A DNA stretch of 64,000 nucleotides from positions 2,240,001 to 2,304,000 of the forward strand of contig OY776562.1 in NCBI GenBank assembly GCA_963675785.1. Reading direction: 5' to 3'. This DNA comes from Anaerolineae bacterium (GTDB taxonomy: Bacteria; Chloroflexota; Anaerolineae; UBA1429). Of the stretch, positions 18,513 through 27,985 are shown one piece after another. How positions within the stretch are numbered: the stretch's first letter is position 1; every line of letters starts with the position of its first letter. The position numbers were made by a program, and so were the translations under genes. The notes beneath the pieces were generated by a model. The model was given only the letters and a program-made list of their open reading frames with translations, did no database searches and was not told the DNA's origin.

Positions 18513-19310
18513 TCACTCTGCCAAGTGATACAACGGACGGTCCTCATTCCTGAGGTCGATGTACTCGATATTAGCCGTATCACTTCCGAGATAGCTTAGA
18601 AGGCTCTGCAGTACGGCGATTTTCTGACAAGCGTCTCCATCATCGCCAAGCATGACAGGCACGCTGTCACTCGACGCATAGATGAGCAGCCCCGAATCCG
18701 GTGTGTAATCAAACGTCTGTTGCTCGGACATACAAGCGCTCAAGTCCTGCACTAGATCCACAGGCACTAGCGGCAAGTAACCCACAGGCTCTGACGCAAT
18801 GCTTCCCAGATCATGCACCACAACAAGGCCATCGCCCCCCTCAGTCTCACCATAGACCTTGCCCTCGCTCCCCACCCACCAGTAGCGACCGCCGCTCTCC
18901 CAAACCATGACGACATCGCTCTCTTGGATGATAACAACCACCTGATTCGGCAGGGTGCATTCAATACTTACATTGGCCAACGTTGGAAAGGTCTCTTCCA
19001 ACAATTGCTCTGCTTGCGTCTCACCAATGGCAAAGATCGAACGCCCCCCAAAGGCCAGAGCCTCTTCGATCTGCGAGACGGACAAGTTCTCTGTCCCCTC
19101 GATAGTCACGGCCTCTACCCGGAAGCGCGAATCCGTCATGAACATGACAAAGAGTACCAAAGCGCCCACCGCAAGGAGGATACCGGGAATCCTTGCCCAC
19201 AGGGAAAGGCCTTCTTCCTGACGCTCAATATGAACAGGCTCAGCATCCAACTGCGCAGAACGCGTTTGCGATCGCGGTTTCTTTTGACCAAGAATAGTGC
19301 GGATGCCCAT
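18513..19310 (-). CDS. ftsQ: Cell division protein FtsQ/DivIB
   Basis: Single TM, POTRA-like FRVEAVTIEG...LPNQVVVIIQE, C-terminal YIDLR; lies between ddl and ftsA. Confidence 0.85.
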   Translation of the reverse strand: MGIRTILGQKKPRSQTRSAQLDAEPVHIERQEEGLSLWARIPGILLAVGALVLFVMFMTDSRFRVEAVTIEGTENLSVSQIEEALAFGGRSIFAIGETQAEQLLEETFPTLANVSIECTLPNQVVVIIQESDVVMVWESGGRYWWVGSEGKVYGETEGGDGLVVVHDLGSIASEPVGYLPLVPVDLVQDLSACMSEQQTFDYTPDSGLLIYASSDSVPVMLGDDGDACQKIAVLQSLLSYLGSDTANIEYIDLRNEDRPLYHLAE

Positions 19311-19321
19311 GGCTATAGCCC

Positions 19322-20416
19322 CTAGTGATCATAGATGTAACGCGTCTCGGATCGTCCCTTTTCTTCAGCCCTTTCCAGAGCCAGCGCGATAAGGCGATCG
19401 AGTAAAGCCGAGTAGGAAAGACCACTAGCTGCCCATAATTTAGGGTACATGCTAATGGGTGTAAAGCCCGGCATGGTGTTCAGCTCGTTCAAGTAGACGC
19501 TCGAATCGTCTCTGGAGACGAGAAAATCCACTCGTGCCAGACCAGCACAATCCATAGCTACAAAAGCCTGCGCCGCCCAGTCTCGAATCTGCGCGGTCAA
19601 GTCCTCCGGCAAATCCGCAGGAATGATGAGCTCCGAGTCGCCATCAAGGTATTTGGCGGCATAATCATAAAATTCGTTGCAGGGAACGACCTCACCCAAC
19701 ACGGATACCTCGGGCGATTCGTTACCCAGCACGCTGCACTCTATTTCACGAGCATTGACGGAACGCTCTACCAGCAAACGTCTGTCGTAACGCGCGGCCA
19801 ACTCTAGCGCCTGAATCAGTTCATCGTGGTTATGCGCCTTGGATACACCCACACTTGAACCCATATTGGCCGGTTTAACGAATACGGGATACGCAAAGCG
19901 CTCTTCGATATCGCGAACAATGGCAACAGGATCGTTCCGCAAGGCAATGCGCGTGGTGGCATAGTAATCCACAAAAGGTACGCCTGCTGTCTCTAGAATC
20001 GCCTTGGTAGCGATTTTGTCCAGGCCAAGACTCGACCCCAAAACCCCACTGCCCACATAGGGCACACCAGCGAGTTCCAACATGCCCTGAACTGTACCAT
20101 CCTCGCCAAAGGTGCCGTGCAACACAGGCACAATGACATCCGCCGAAAAGACGGGAGAATCTGGCGATGGGACTCGCGCTCTGTCTTTTTTCTCAAGCCC
20201 GAGTTCATCTGCCAACAGGCGCACCAAATCCGAATCAATGACCCGCAACGAAATATCCGCATTCAGCCAATAGCCTTCGAGCGTGATGCCGATGGGGATT
20301 ACGTCATAGCATCTGGAATCCAGGGCTGAGGCCGTTGATCGTGCAGATTCAAGCGAGACTTCATGCTCACCAGATTTTCCGCCAAACAATACGACTACCC
20401 TGGGCTTTTTAGCCAT
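19322..20416 (-). CDS. ddl: D-alanine--D-alanine ligase
   Basis: FGGKSGEHEVS, HGTFGEDG, KPANMGSSVG, FYDYAAKY, NELNTMPGFT. Start trimmed to MAKKPR. Confidence 0.96.
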   Translation of the reverse strand: MAKKPRVVVLFGGKSGEHEVSLESARSTASALDSRCYDVIPIGITLEGYWLNADISLRVIDSDLVRLLADELGLEKKDRARVPSPDSPVFSADVIVPVLHGTFGEDGTVQGMLELAGVPYVGSGVLGSSLGLDKIATKAILETAGVPFVDYYATTRIALRNDPVAIVRDIEERFAYPVFVKPANMGSSVGVSKAHNHDELIQALELAARYDRRLLVERSVNAREIECSVLGNESPEVSVLGEVVPCNEFYDYAAKYLDGDSELIIPADLPEDLTAQIRDWAAQAFVAMDCAGLARVDFLVSRDDSSVYLNELNTMPGFTPISMYPKLWAASGLSYSALLDRLIALALERAEEKGRSETRYIYDH

Positions 20417-21365
20417 TTTCCGTCTCTCCGCTGTCCTCATTCGGCCAATCGCCCACAAGCTGAATCTCGGGTTCAAGTTGCTCGCCAAATTGCTCGACAA
20501 CTCGCTCTTGAACTAGTTTCAAGAGGGTCCAAATATCCTGCGCCGTAGCGCCCCCTTCATTGATGATATAATTGGCATGCTGCTCAGAAACCACAGCCTT
20601 ACCCAAGCGCGTACCCTTGAGGCCAGCCTGTTCGATCAAAAAGCCGGCGGGGTATTGTATTGTGCGCTTGAAAACACTCCCCGCACTCCAACCGTGGGGG
20701 TGCCGCTCACGGCGTTTCTGGGTGATGCCGGCAATATACTCAGCTAATAACTCTGGGTTCTCCGGCTTGAGTTCAAATACGGCATCCAGCACAATCCAAT
20801 TGACACCACAATTGGCGCTGCGCTTGAGCACACTGTTGCGGTATTCATAGCCCAGATCCTGAGGCAACGCCTGCTCGATCTGCCCATCATCTCGCAACCA
20901 GCGAACACCAGCGAGCACATCGGCAATTTCACCGCCATAAGCGCCCGCATTGCCCACTACAGCACCGCCCACCGTGCCAGGAATGCCGCTGGCCCATTCG
21001 AGCCCCCGCCAGCCAGTTCGCGCCGACCAGCGAGCCAGCCGCGCCAAAGAAGTTCCACTCTCAGCATAGAGGGTTCCCTCATTCATGGAAAAACCTGCTG
21101 CCCGGTTGAGTACCACCAACCCACGTATCCCTCGATCTGATACGAGAATGTTGGTGCCGCCACCGATAAACCGCCGAGGAACCTCATACTCACAAGCCAG
21201 ACGCCACAGGTGAATCAGCTCGTCACTGCTCTGTGCTTCGACCAACACATCGGCCGGGCCGCCCACATGAAAGGACGTATGCCGTGCAAGCGGCTCGTCA
21301 AACAATGTTCGCTCGGCAAATTCTGTATGGCGCAATGCCTCAATCAGGCCTTGTAGATTACTCAT
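20409..21365 (-). CDS. murB: UDP-N-acetylenolpyruvoylglucosamine reductase
   Basis: HTSFHVGGPAD, GGGTNILV, GIPGTVGGAVVGNAGAYG, SAGSVFK, HANYIIN, LEPEI. Confidence 0.96.
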   Translation of the reverse strand: MSNLQGLIEALRHTEFAERTLFDEPLARHTSFHVGGPADVLVEAQSSDELIHLWRLACEYEVPRRFIGGGTNILVSDRGIRGLVVLNRAAGFSMNEGTLYAESGTSLARLARWSARTGWRGLEWASGIPGTVGGAVVGNAGAYGGEIADVLAGVRWLRDDGQIEQALPQDLGYEYRNSVLKRSANCGVNWIVLDAVFELKPENPELLAEYIAGITQKRRERHPHGWSAGSVFKRTIQYPAGFLIEQAGLKGTRLGKAVVSEQHANYIINEGGATAQDIWTLLKLVQERVVEQFGEQLEPEIQLVGDWPNEDSGETENG

Positions 21366-22747
21366 TTCTCCGCCTGACCCATTTCTACTATCAAGTCTTC
21401 ACCAATTTTGTAACCATCACCCGCACCCAGTGTAATGACCAGATCGCCGCTTTGAACGTTCATACGTAGATATTCACGAGCAGCATCCATGCTATCCGCA
21501 TAGTGCGCCTTCGGGTTCTTGATGCTTGCTGCCAGAGCCTCGGATGTTACCGTCTCATGCTCTTTTAAACGTGCCGCAAAGACGGGAATAATGACCAGCT
21601 CATCGGCATTGCCAAAACAACAGCAAAACGCATCCCAAAGTGTCTCGGTGCGGCTGTAGGTATGGGGCTGAAATACCGCCCATATACGCCGGTCAGGAAA
21701 CTTTTCCCGTACTGCCGCCAGGGTCGCACGAATCTCGGTGGGATGATGCGCATAGTCATCATAAAACGTGATGCCGGCTACTTGGCCCTTTTTCTCCATG
21801 CGCCGCTGAACGCCGCCAAACGAACCTATCTCTTTTGCAGCAGCAGCTGGATCAATTCCCAGGCTATCAAGTGCGACAAGAACCGCCGTGGCGTTGAGCG
21901 CGTTGTGCCCACCTGCTACAGCTTGTTCAAACTGGGCCCACACACGGCCGTCATGCAGCACTGTACAATGCTCGGCGCAACGTTCCAGGCGATAGTCAGC
22001 TTGAGCACCACGACCAAAGGTGCGTATTTCTGTTGGAATGGCAAGCTGCTCCAACACCCGATTCACCGAGGGACTATCGCTGCACGCTATGATTGCTCCT
22101 CCGGGCCGTTTGTTTTCCAGAAAAACCCGAAAGGCGTCTTCCATATCGGCCAGATCACGATAGCAATCGGGATGGTCCATCTCGATGTTGGTCACGATGG
22201 TCACATCAGGGTGCAGACCCAGGAATGTGCGATCATACTCGTCTGCTTCAATAACAAAATGGGGGCCACTTCCCGCAGCCGCGTTCGCTCCAAACTCTTG
22301 TAATATGCCGCCCACAATGAATGTGGGACTCTTGCCCAGATGCTCCAAGACAGTCGCGCACATGGCCGATGTTGTCGTTTTGCCATGGGTTCCGGCCACG
22401 GCAATGGAAATCTTGCCCTTGAGCATCTCGCCAAGAAGTTGATGCCTCTTAATGATGGGAATGCCCGCTGCTCGGGCAGCAACCAACTCTGGGTTATCCT
22501 CAGGCACGGCCGAGGACATGACGACGAGATCTACGCCAGCAATTTGCTCAGCACGCTGCCCCACAAAGGTTGGGATGCCCAATTCATTCAAACCACGCGT
22601 AATATCGCTTTCTCGCAAATCCGAGCCCTGTACGCAATGTCCCCAGGCAAACAGCACCCGGGCGATGGCAGAGAGCCCGATCCCCCCTATGCCCACCAAA
22701 TGTATTGTCTCTGGCAATGTTGGTGCTGAAAATTCTAGAGTCTTCAT
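21362..22747 (-). CDS. murC: UDP-N-acetylmuramate--L-alanine ligase
   Basis: HLVGIGGIGLS, GTHGKTTTS, EADEYD, DDYAHHPTEI, FQPHTYSRT. Start trimmed to MKTLEF. Confidence 0.96.
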   Translation of the reverse strand: MKTLEFSAPTLPETIHLVGIGGIGLSAIARVLFAWGHCVQGSDLRESDITRGLNELGIPTFVGQRAEQIAGVDLVVMSSAVPEDNPELVAARAAGIPIIKRHQLLGEMLKGKISIAVAGTHGKTTTSAMCATVLEHLGKSPTFIVGGILQEFGANAAAGSGPHFVIEADEYDRTFLGLHPDVTIVTNIEMDHPDCYRDLADMEDAFRVFLENKRPGGAIIACSDSPSVNRVLEQLAIPTEIRTFGRGAQADYRLERCAEHCTVLHDGRVWAQFEQAVAGGHNALNATAVLVALDSLGIDPAAAAKEIGSFGGVQRRMEKKGQVAGITFYDDYAHHPTEIRATLAAVREKFPDRRIWAVFQPHTYSRTETLWDAFCCCFGNADELVIIPVFAARLKEHETVTSEALAASIKNPKAHYADSMDAAREYLRMNVQSGDLVITLGAGDGYKIGEDLIVEMGQAEK

Positions 22748-22757
22748 TCTAACTCCA

Positions 22758-23309
22758 TCAACGCAACACACGGCCAAGTATAAGCAATGCTGTAAGATAC
22801 AATAGGAGGCTCTCACCCAGAAATACAGGTTGCCCCAATAACCGTGAAGGCAAGTAATCGATCATCTGTTGGGCGACTGTTGAAAGAGTACCCCCATCCA
22901 TGCCGATGAAACCAAAAGGATAAGAGAATTTATCCAGATAAAACCAAATCGTGCCAGCGATGAGATACCCATTTAACGCGCCCGTTACAGCCCCCAGAAT
23001 CAGACCCTGTGTCCTGCTAGGAAGCTCTCCCGGAAAGTCCAGTGTAGCGCCGTGATAAGATATAAAGGCAACACCTGAAACGACAAGCATCATCAGCAGA
23101 CACTCAGCAGTAGCCGCCCCGTCGCCAAAGGTCGCTCCACCCATCAATTTTTCAAGACCGCTTTCAATATAGGGTTCAAAGCGGTCGAGAACATAGAGCA
23201 TGCCCATCATTACGGTGGTCACACCGAGTTCCCGCAGATACCCCCTGGTCATGCCAATCAATGCAAACATGACGACCAGTGCGGCAAAGAGCACTTCGAT
23301 GGGTGCCAA
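22758..23309 (-). CDS. CvpA-like membrane protein
   Basis: Four TM segments. GMTRGYLREL and LILGAVTGALNG resemble the CvpA family pattern. Confidence 0.6.
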   Translation of the reverse strand: MAPIEVLFAALVVMFALIGMTRGYLRELGVTTVMMGMLYVLDRFEPYIESGLEKLMGGATFGDGAATAECLLMMLVVSGVAFISYHGATLDFPGELPSRTQGLILGAVTGALNGYLIAGTIWFYLDKFSYPFGFIGMDGGTLSTVAQQMIDYLPSRLLGQPVFLGESLLLYLTALLILGRVLR

Positions 23310-23320
23310 GCGACTGCCTC

Positions 23321-24415
23321 CTATGTCTGCGCAAAGCGGGTCATCAACCCGGCAATGCGCTCCGCTGCATCTCGAACCGCCAGCGCATTCATCTTTTCTC
23401 GCATTGTCTGCAAACGGGCACGATCACTCAATAATTCGCTCACCAGGGAACTCAGCTGCTCGCCGATATCGCCATCATCCACGACTACGGCCGCCCCTTT
23501 GTCCCCCAGAAAATCCGCGTTCAGGCGTTGATGCTGTCCGGAATAAGGATAAGGCACCAGAATGGCGGGGAGCCCCGCTACGGGAAACTCGGCCAACGTA
23601 GCCGCCCCCGCTCTGGCCACAACCAGATCGGCCCCCAACAACAGATTCTCCATGCCCTCATGAACATAGTCATACAATCGATATCGTGTCGCCTGGCTCT
23701 GAGACAACCCGGCCAATTGAGTAGCGGCCTCGTCGTAATCGAGCGGCCCGGTCACATGAATCAACACACAGGACGCTAACAGCTCGTTCAAATGCCTGGC
23801 CACAGCCTGATTCAACGACCGCGCCCCGCGGCTGCCCCCCAGCACGAGCAACACATGTTCATCAGCGGTAATGCCCAAAGCATCGCGTGCCTCGGCTCGT
23901 GTCTTTTCAACCAGGGCTCGGCGCACCGGATAGCCCGTTACTATGGCGTTATCAAAGAACCCAGCTACCGAATCAAACGAGACGGCCACGGCCTTAGCTC
24001 TGGACGCCAAGCGCTTGATGGCCACCCCGGGCACCATATCCGGCAGATAAATGATGACAGGCACACGCCCGGCAGCCAGAATCAGTGGTGCCGATACATA
24101 ACCCCCGGTGGAAAGAATCACATCCGGGCGAAAGCGGGCCAAATAGCGGCGGCACTGAAACCACCCTCTTATAACCTGGAATCCACTGCGAGCCATGCGC
24201 CAGGGGCTCATGCCCCGAAGCGGACCGGACGAGACGGACTGAAAAGCGATGGCCTCGCGCTGCATCAAACGCTCTTCAATACTGTCGCTTTCACCGAACC
24301 AGAGCACGTCCTCACGCGATACGCCCCAACGCGAATCAGCCAAGAGCTCTTCAATGACCGAGAGCGCCGGGTAAACATGGCCACCAGTTCCGCCACCCGT
24401 AACTGCTACACGCAT
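23321..24415 (-). CDS. murG: Lipid II GlcNAc transferase MurG
   Basis: GGGTGGHVYPA, TGGYVS, GGSRGA, RAGAATLAE, HQRLNA. Start trimmed to MRVAVT. Confidence 0.96.
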   Translation of the reverse strand: MRVAVTGGGTGGHVYPALSVIEELLADSRWGVSREDVLWFGESDSIEERLMQREAIAFQSVSSGPLRGMSPWRMARSGFQVIRGWFQCRRYLARFRPDVILSTGGYVSAPLILAAGRVPVIIYLPDMVPGVAIKRLASRAKAVAVSFDSVAGFFDNAIVTGYPVRRALVEKTRAEARDALGITADEHVLLVLGGSRGARSLNQAVARHLNELLASCVLIHVTGPLDYDEAATQLAGLSQSQATRYRLYDYVHEGMENLLLGADLVVARAGAATLAEFPVAGLPAILVPYPYSGQHQRLNADFLGDKGAAVVVDDGDIGEQLSSLVSELLSDRARLQTMREKMNALAVRDAAERIAGLMTRFAQT

Positions 24416-25575
24416 CAGCCGTCTACCTCGCGTTTGCTGTGCAAAGAAACGCTCAGTAACAGCCCCATCATCGCCAGCCCGGTCACCATGGAAGAACCAC
24501 CATAACTCAAAAAGGGCAATACGGTGCCCGTAAAGGGAATAAGCCGTGTGATAACACCCACGTGTACAAAAGCCTGTATGGCGATCCAACAAGTGATGCC
24601 CGTTGCAAGAAGCATGCCAGAGCGATCGCGTGCATTGGCCGCGATTTTGAGGCCGCGCCAGATGAGCAAGGCATAAAGCACGAGAACGAATAATGCGCCT
24701 ACAAGTCCCAGCTCTTCGCCAATGATTGCAAACATGCCGTCAGTGTGGACAGCGTAATAGACGGCCTTTTGCTCGCTCTGACCCAGACCAACGCCAAATA
24801 GGCCACCGCGCTCCAGAGCAATGATGGACTGTGCCGATTGCAGCCCCTGACTCGTCACATCAGCCAGCGGATTGGAGCGGTTATACCACCATGACCAAAC
24901 GCGCGAGCTGCGATAGGACTCGGTTAGAGCGAGCAAAAGGCCAAGCCCACCGCCGCCCACGATCAAGAGCGCCATCTGCCAAAGCTTGCCGCCCGCCGCA
25001 TAAAACATTGCTACTGAAGTAAGTGCCAGAATCACCACCGTCGACATATCGGGCTGTTCAAGGATAAGAAAAGCCACAACGCCCAGCACTGCGATAAAGG
25101 GCAAAAATCCCCAGCGAAGATCACCGATCGCCTTTTCGCGAGAAGCCAACCATGCAGCGACATAGATGATAAAGCCTACTTTGGAGAGCTCAGAAGGTTG
25201 CACGGAGCCATCAAAAAGTTGCCGGGTGGCGCCGCCAATCTCCTCGTTGGTACTCAAAAGGAACAAGGGCAACAGAACGAGAATAGAAAGAAGCAGAATT
25301 AGGAAAGAGTGTTGGGTCCAGAATTTGTAATCAACAAGCGCCAGAATGATTGCGCCTGCAGTGCCCACAACGACAAAGAACAGCTGCCGCATAAAGTAGT
25401 AATTAGGCAGCCCATAGGTGGCAGATGTCTCGGAAAAGCTATAAGCATAGGTTGCGCTTCGCACCATAATCAAGCCCAGCACGATGAGGGCGAGGAGCAC
25501 CAACACCAGCACCACATCAAAGCGGAACCTGCGATAAGAGCGCACGTTACTATTGGCCCGTGTTGTCGCTATCAC
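24415..25575 (-). CDS. ftsW: SEDS peptidoglycan glycosyltransferase FtsW
   Basis: QPSELSK, QPDMST, GGLFGVGLG, HTDGMFAIIGEELG, LPFLSYGGSS. Confidence 0.95.
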   Translation of the reverse strand: MIATTRANSNVRSYRRFRFDVVLVLVLLALIVLGLIMVRSATYAYSFSETSATYGLPNYYFMRQLFFVVVGTAGAIILALVDYKFWTQHSFLILLLSILVLLPLFLLSTNEEIGGATRQLFDGSVQPSELSKVGFIIYVAAWLASREKAIGDLRWGFLPFIAVLGVVAFLILEQPDMSTVVILALTSVAMFYAAGGKLWQMALLIVGGGGLGLLLALTESYRSSRVWSWWYNRSNPLADVTSQGLQSAQSIIALERGGLFGVGLGQSEQKAVYYAVHTDGMFAIIGEELGLVGALFVLVLYALLIWRGLKIAANARDRSGMLLATGITCWIAIQAFVHVGVITRLIPFTGTVLPFLSYGGSSMVTGLAMMGLLLSVSLHSKREVDG

Positions 25576-27008
25576 TGCGCCTCCTTTAGCTCATTCACGA
25601 GACGACGAAACTCGATACCACGTTCTTCAAAATCTCGATAGGCATCAAAGCTTGTTCCACCAGGCGAGAGCAAAACGACTTCACCGGGCCGAGCATTGGC
25701 TGCAGCGGTACGTACAGCTTTTGCCAGATTCTCGGCAACGACAAGTTCGACGGAATACTCTTCAAGTGCGTCGCGAATGATGGGCACCGCCTCACCAAAG
25801 GCGACGACCAGCCTAGTGTGTTCGCTCACAACCTGAGCCCATACATCCCAGGGCAAATGCTTATCTCGCCCGCCGGCCAACAACACAACGGGGCTCCGAA
25901 AAGCGCGCAACGCCGCAATCGCTCGCTCAGGAGAGGTGGCGATAGAATCGTTGATATAGGTAACACCATCGACCACACGAACCACCTCAAGGCGGTGCGG
26001 CACACCCTCGAATTCGGCAATAGCCGCGCGTATCCCCTTGATGCTTGCACCAGCCGCCAGCGCTGTACAAGCCGCTGTAAGCACGTTAGCCAGGTTGTGG
26101 CGCCCCCGCAGATGCACCTCGTTCACTGTACCGAGGCTGTGGGTTTCGCCGTCAAAACGCAACACCAGTTCATCCTTTTCCAGCCAACCACCCTGCGCCA
26201 CTTTGTGCTCGATGGAAAAGTAGAGCTTTTGGGCAGGTGTCAGTTCAGCCAGGCTGGGCGTCCAGGGATCATCGGCATTCAATACCACCCAGTCTTCAGG
26301 TGACTGATAGCGCAGGATATTGGTTTTGGCCTGCACATAGTTTTCCATTGACGGATGTCGATCCAAATGGTTGGGCGTAATGTTGGTTACAACGGCCACA
26401 TGCGGGCTGCTCCCCTGCAGATTAACCGCCCGAGAACCAGCGGTTCGGCGTTGCCAAGTACTCTGCCCTTGGTAATCCGGCGAAAAAAGCTCCAACTGAA
26501 AGCTGGAAAGCTCCATGACTGCCGTATCGGCAGAGTCTTCTGTATCGAGTTTTTCGATGAGGGGGGTGCCAATGTTCCCGCCCACCCAAACCGATTGACC
26601 ACTCTTTTCCAACATGAGCCCCGTGAGCGCGGTGGTTGTGGTTTTGCCACTGCTGCCCGTAATGCCCACAATAGGCATACCGCAAAGCTGAATGAATAGT
26701 CTGGGTTCGCTACTCAGCGGGATACCCATCTCTCGGCAGCGTACAACGATGCTTGCCGTTGGAGGCACGCCCGGGCTCAAAAAGACCACATCCGTTTGCG
26801 CCAGAGCAGGTTCTTGCCCACCTAGACAAAAGGTGATACCTAATTCCTCGAGGCCGTTCAATTGTTCGGCCAACGCCTCACGAGACTTGGCATCCGCCAG
26901 CGTAACCCGAGCGCCACAGGCAGCCAGAAAGCGCGATAGAGCGGTTCCTTCACGGGCCGCTCCTACAATCACTGCCTTCAAACCCTCTAGCTGAGGAAAC
27001 CGACTCAC
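25572..27008 (-). CDS. murD: UDP-MurNAc-L-Ala--D-Glu ligase
   Basis: SPGVP, ITGSSGKTTT, GGNIG, ELSSFQLE, NHLDRH, HRLE, NDSIAT, LLSPG. Confidence 0.96.
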   Translation of the reverse strand: MSRFPQLEGLKAVIVGAAREGTALSRFLAACGARVTLADAKSREALAEQLNGLEELGITFCLGGQEPALAQTDVVFLSPGVPPTASIVVRCREMGIPLSSEPRLFIQLCGMPIVGITGSSGKTTTTALTGLMLEKSGQSVWVGGNIGTPLIEKLDTEDSADTAVMELSSFQLELFSPDYQGQSTWQRRTAGSRAVNLQGSSPHVAVVTNITPNHLDRHPSMENYVQAKTNILRYQSPEDWVVLNADDPWTPSLAELTPAQKLYFSIEHKVAQGGWLEKDELVLRFDGETHSLGTVNEVHLRGRHNLANVLTAACTALAAGASIKGIRAAIAEFEGVPHRLEVVRVVDGVTYINDSIATSPERAIAALRAFRSPVVLLAGGRDKHLPWDVWAQVVSEHTRLVVAFGEAVPIIRDALEEYSVELVVAENLAKAVRTAAANARPGEVVLLSPGGTSFDAYRDFEERGIEFRRLVNELKEAQ

Positions 27009-27985
27009 AGGCCAACTCCCATCAGTAAAATACCGGCTGCAGCTGTCACTGCTCCCGTAATCCAGAACCGAAGCGTCACCTGAACTTCGGACATGCCGGC
27101 CAATTCGTAATGATAATGCAACGGCGCCATACGGAATATACGTTTGCCCTCACCGCGATGAATGCGTGTGTACTTGAAATAGCTTACCTGCAACATCACC
27201 GAAACCGCCTCAGCGAGGAATACCAGCCCGATCACTGGCAGCACAGCCAAACAACCGGTCATCATAGCGATGGCAGCCAATGCTGCGCCCAAAGCCTGCG
27301 ATCCCGTATCACCCATAAATACGCGTGCCGGGTTGACGTTGAACCAAAGAAAGGCTAGCAGCACACCAACCAGCGCGCCACAGAACAAGGCCACCATCTG
27401 CTGCCCCAGCACCAGGCTAATTATGCCATAAGCGCCCACGGCCAATACTGCCAACCCCCCAGCCAAACCATCCATGCCATCGGCGAGATTGACGGCATTA
27501 GAGAACAAGGCCGCTAGAAATGCGGCAATAGGCACATACCACCACCCCAAGTCTACTGTCGTACCGCTGAAAGACAGCACCAATACGGGTGAATCATCCA
27601 CTAAATAGAGCGCCAAGCCCACAAGAAATGCCGCTGCCCACTGGCTGATGAATTTACCGCGCACCTGCCAACCCACACCGCCAGCGTCCTGCAGGCCGCG
27701 CCAATCATCATAGGCACCTAAAAGGCCATAGAGCAGGGTGGCACCCAGCAGTACGAATATATCGTTATGACCGAACAAGGCGATGATAAGACAGGCGACA
27801 GAGAGACCAACTAGAAAATAGAGCCCCCCCATCGTGGGCGTCCCAGCCTTGGCCTGATGTTCGTCGGGTTCATCATCGCGAATATTCTTGCCGATGCCGT
27901 GGCGAACGAGTCCTCGAATAAAGGGCTTGCCCCAGGGCAGCAATAACAAAAAGGAGAGAACCATCACGATCAAGACATTAACCAC
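27005..27985 (-). CDS. mraY: Phospho-MurNAc-pentapeptide transferase
   Basis: KAGTPTMGG, DD, NAVNLADGMDGL, FMGDTGS, MAPLHYHYE. Confidence 0.97.
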   Translation of the reverse strand: MVNVLIVMVLSFLLLLPWGKPFIRGLVRHGIGKNIRDDEPDEHQAKAGTPTMGGLYFLVGLSVACLIIALFGHNDIFVLLGATLLYGLLGAYDDWRGLQDAGGVGWQVRGKFISQWAAAFLVGLALYLVDDSPVLVLSFSGTTVDLGWWYVPIAAFLAALFSNAVNLADGMDGLAGGLAVLAVGAYGIISLVLGQQMVALFCGALVGVLLAFLWFNVNPARVFMGDTGSQALGAALAAIAMMTGCLAVLPVIGLVFLAEAVSVMLQVSYFKYTRIHRGEGKRIFRMAPLHYHYELAGMSEVQVTLRFWITGAVTAAAGILLMGVGL

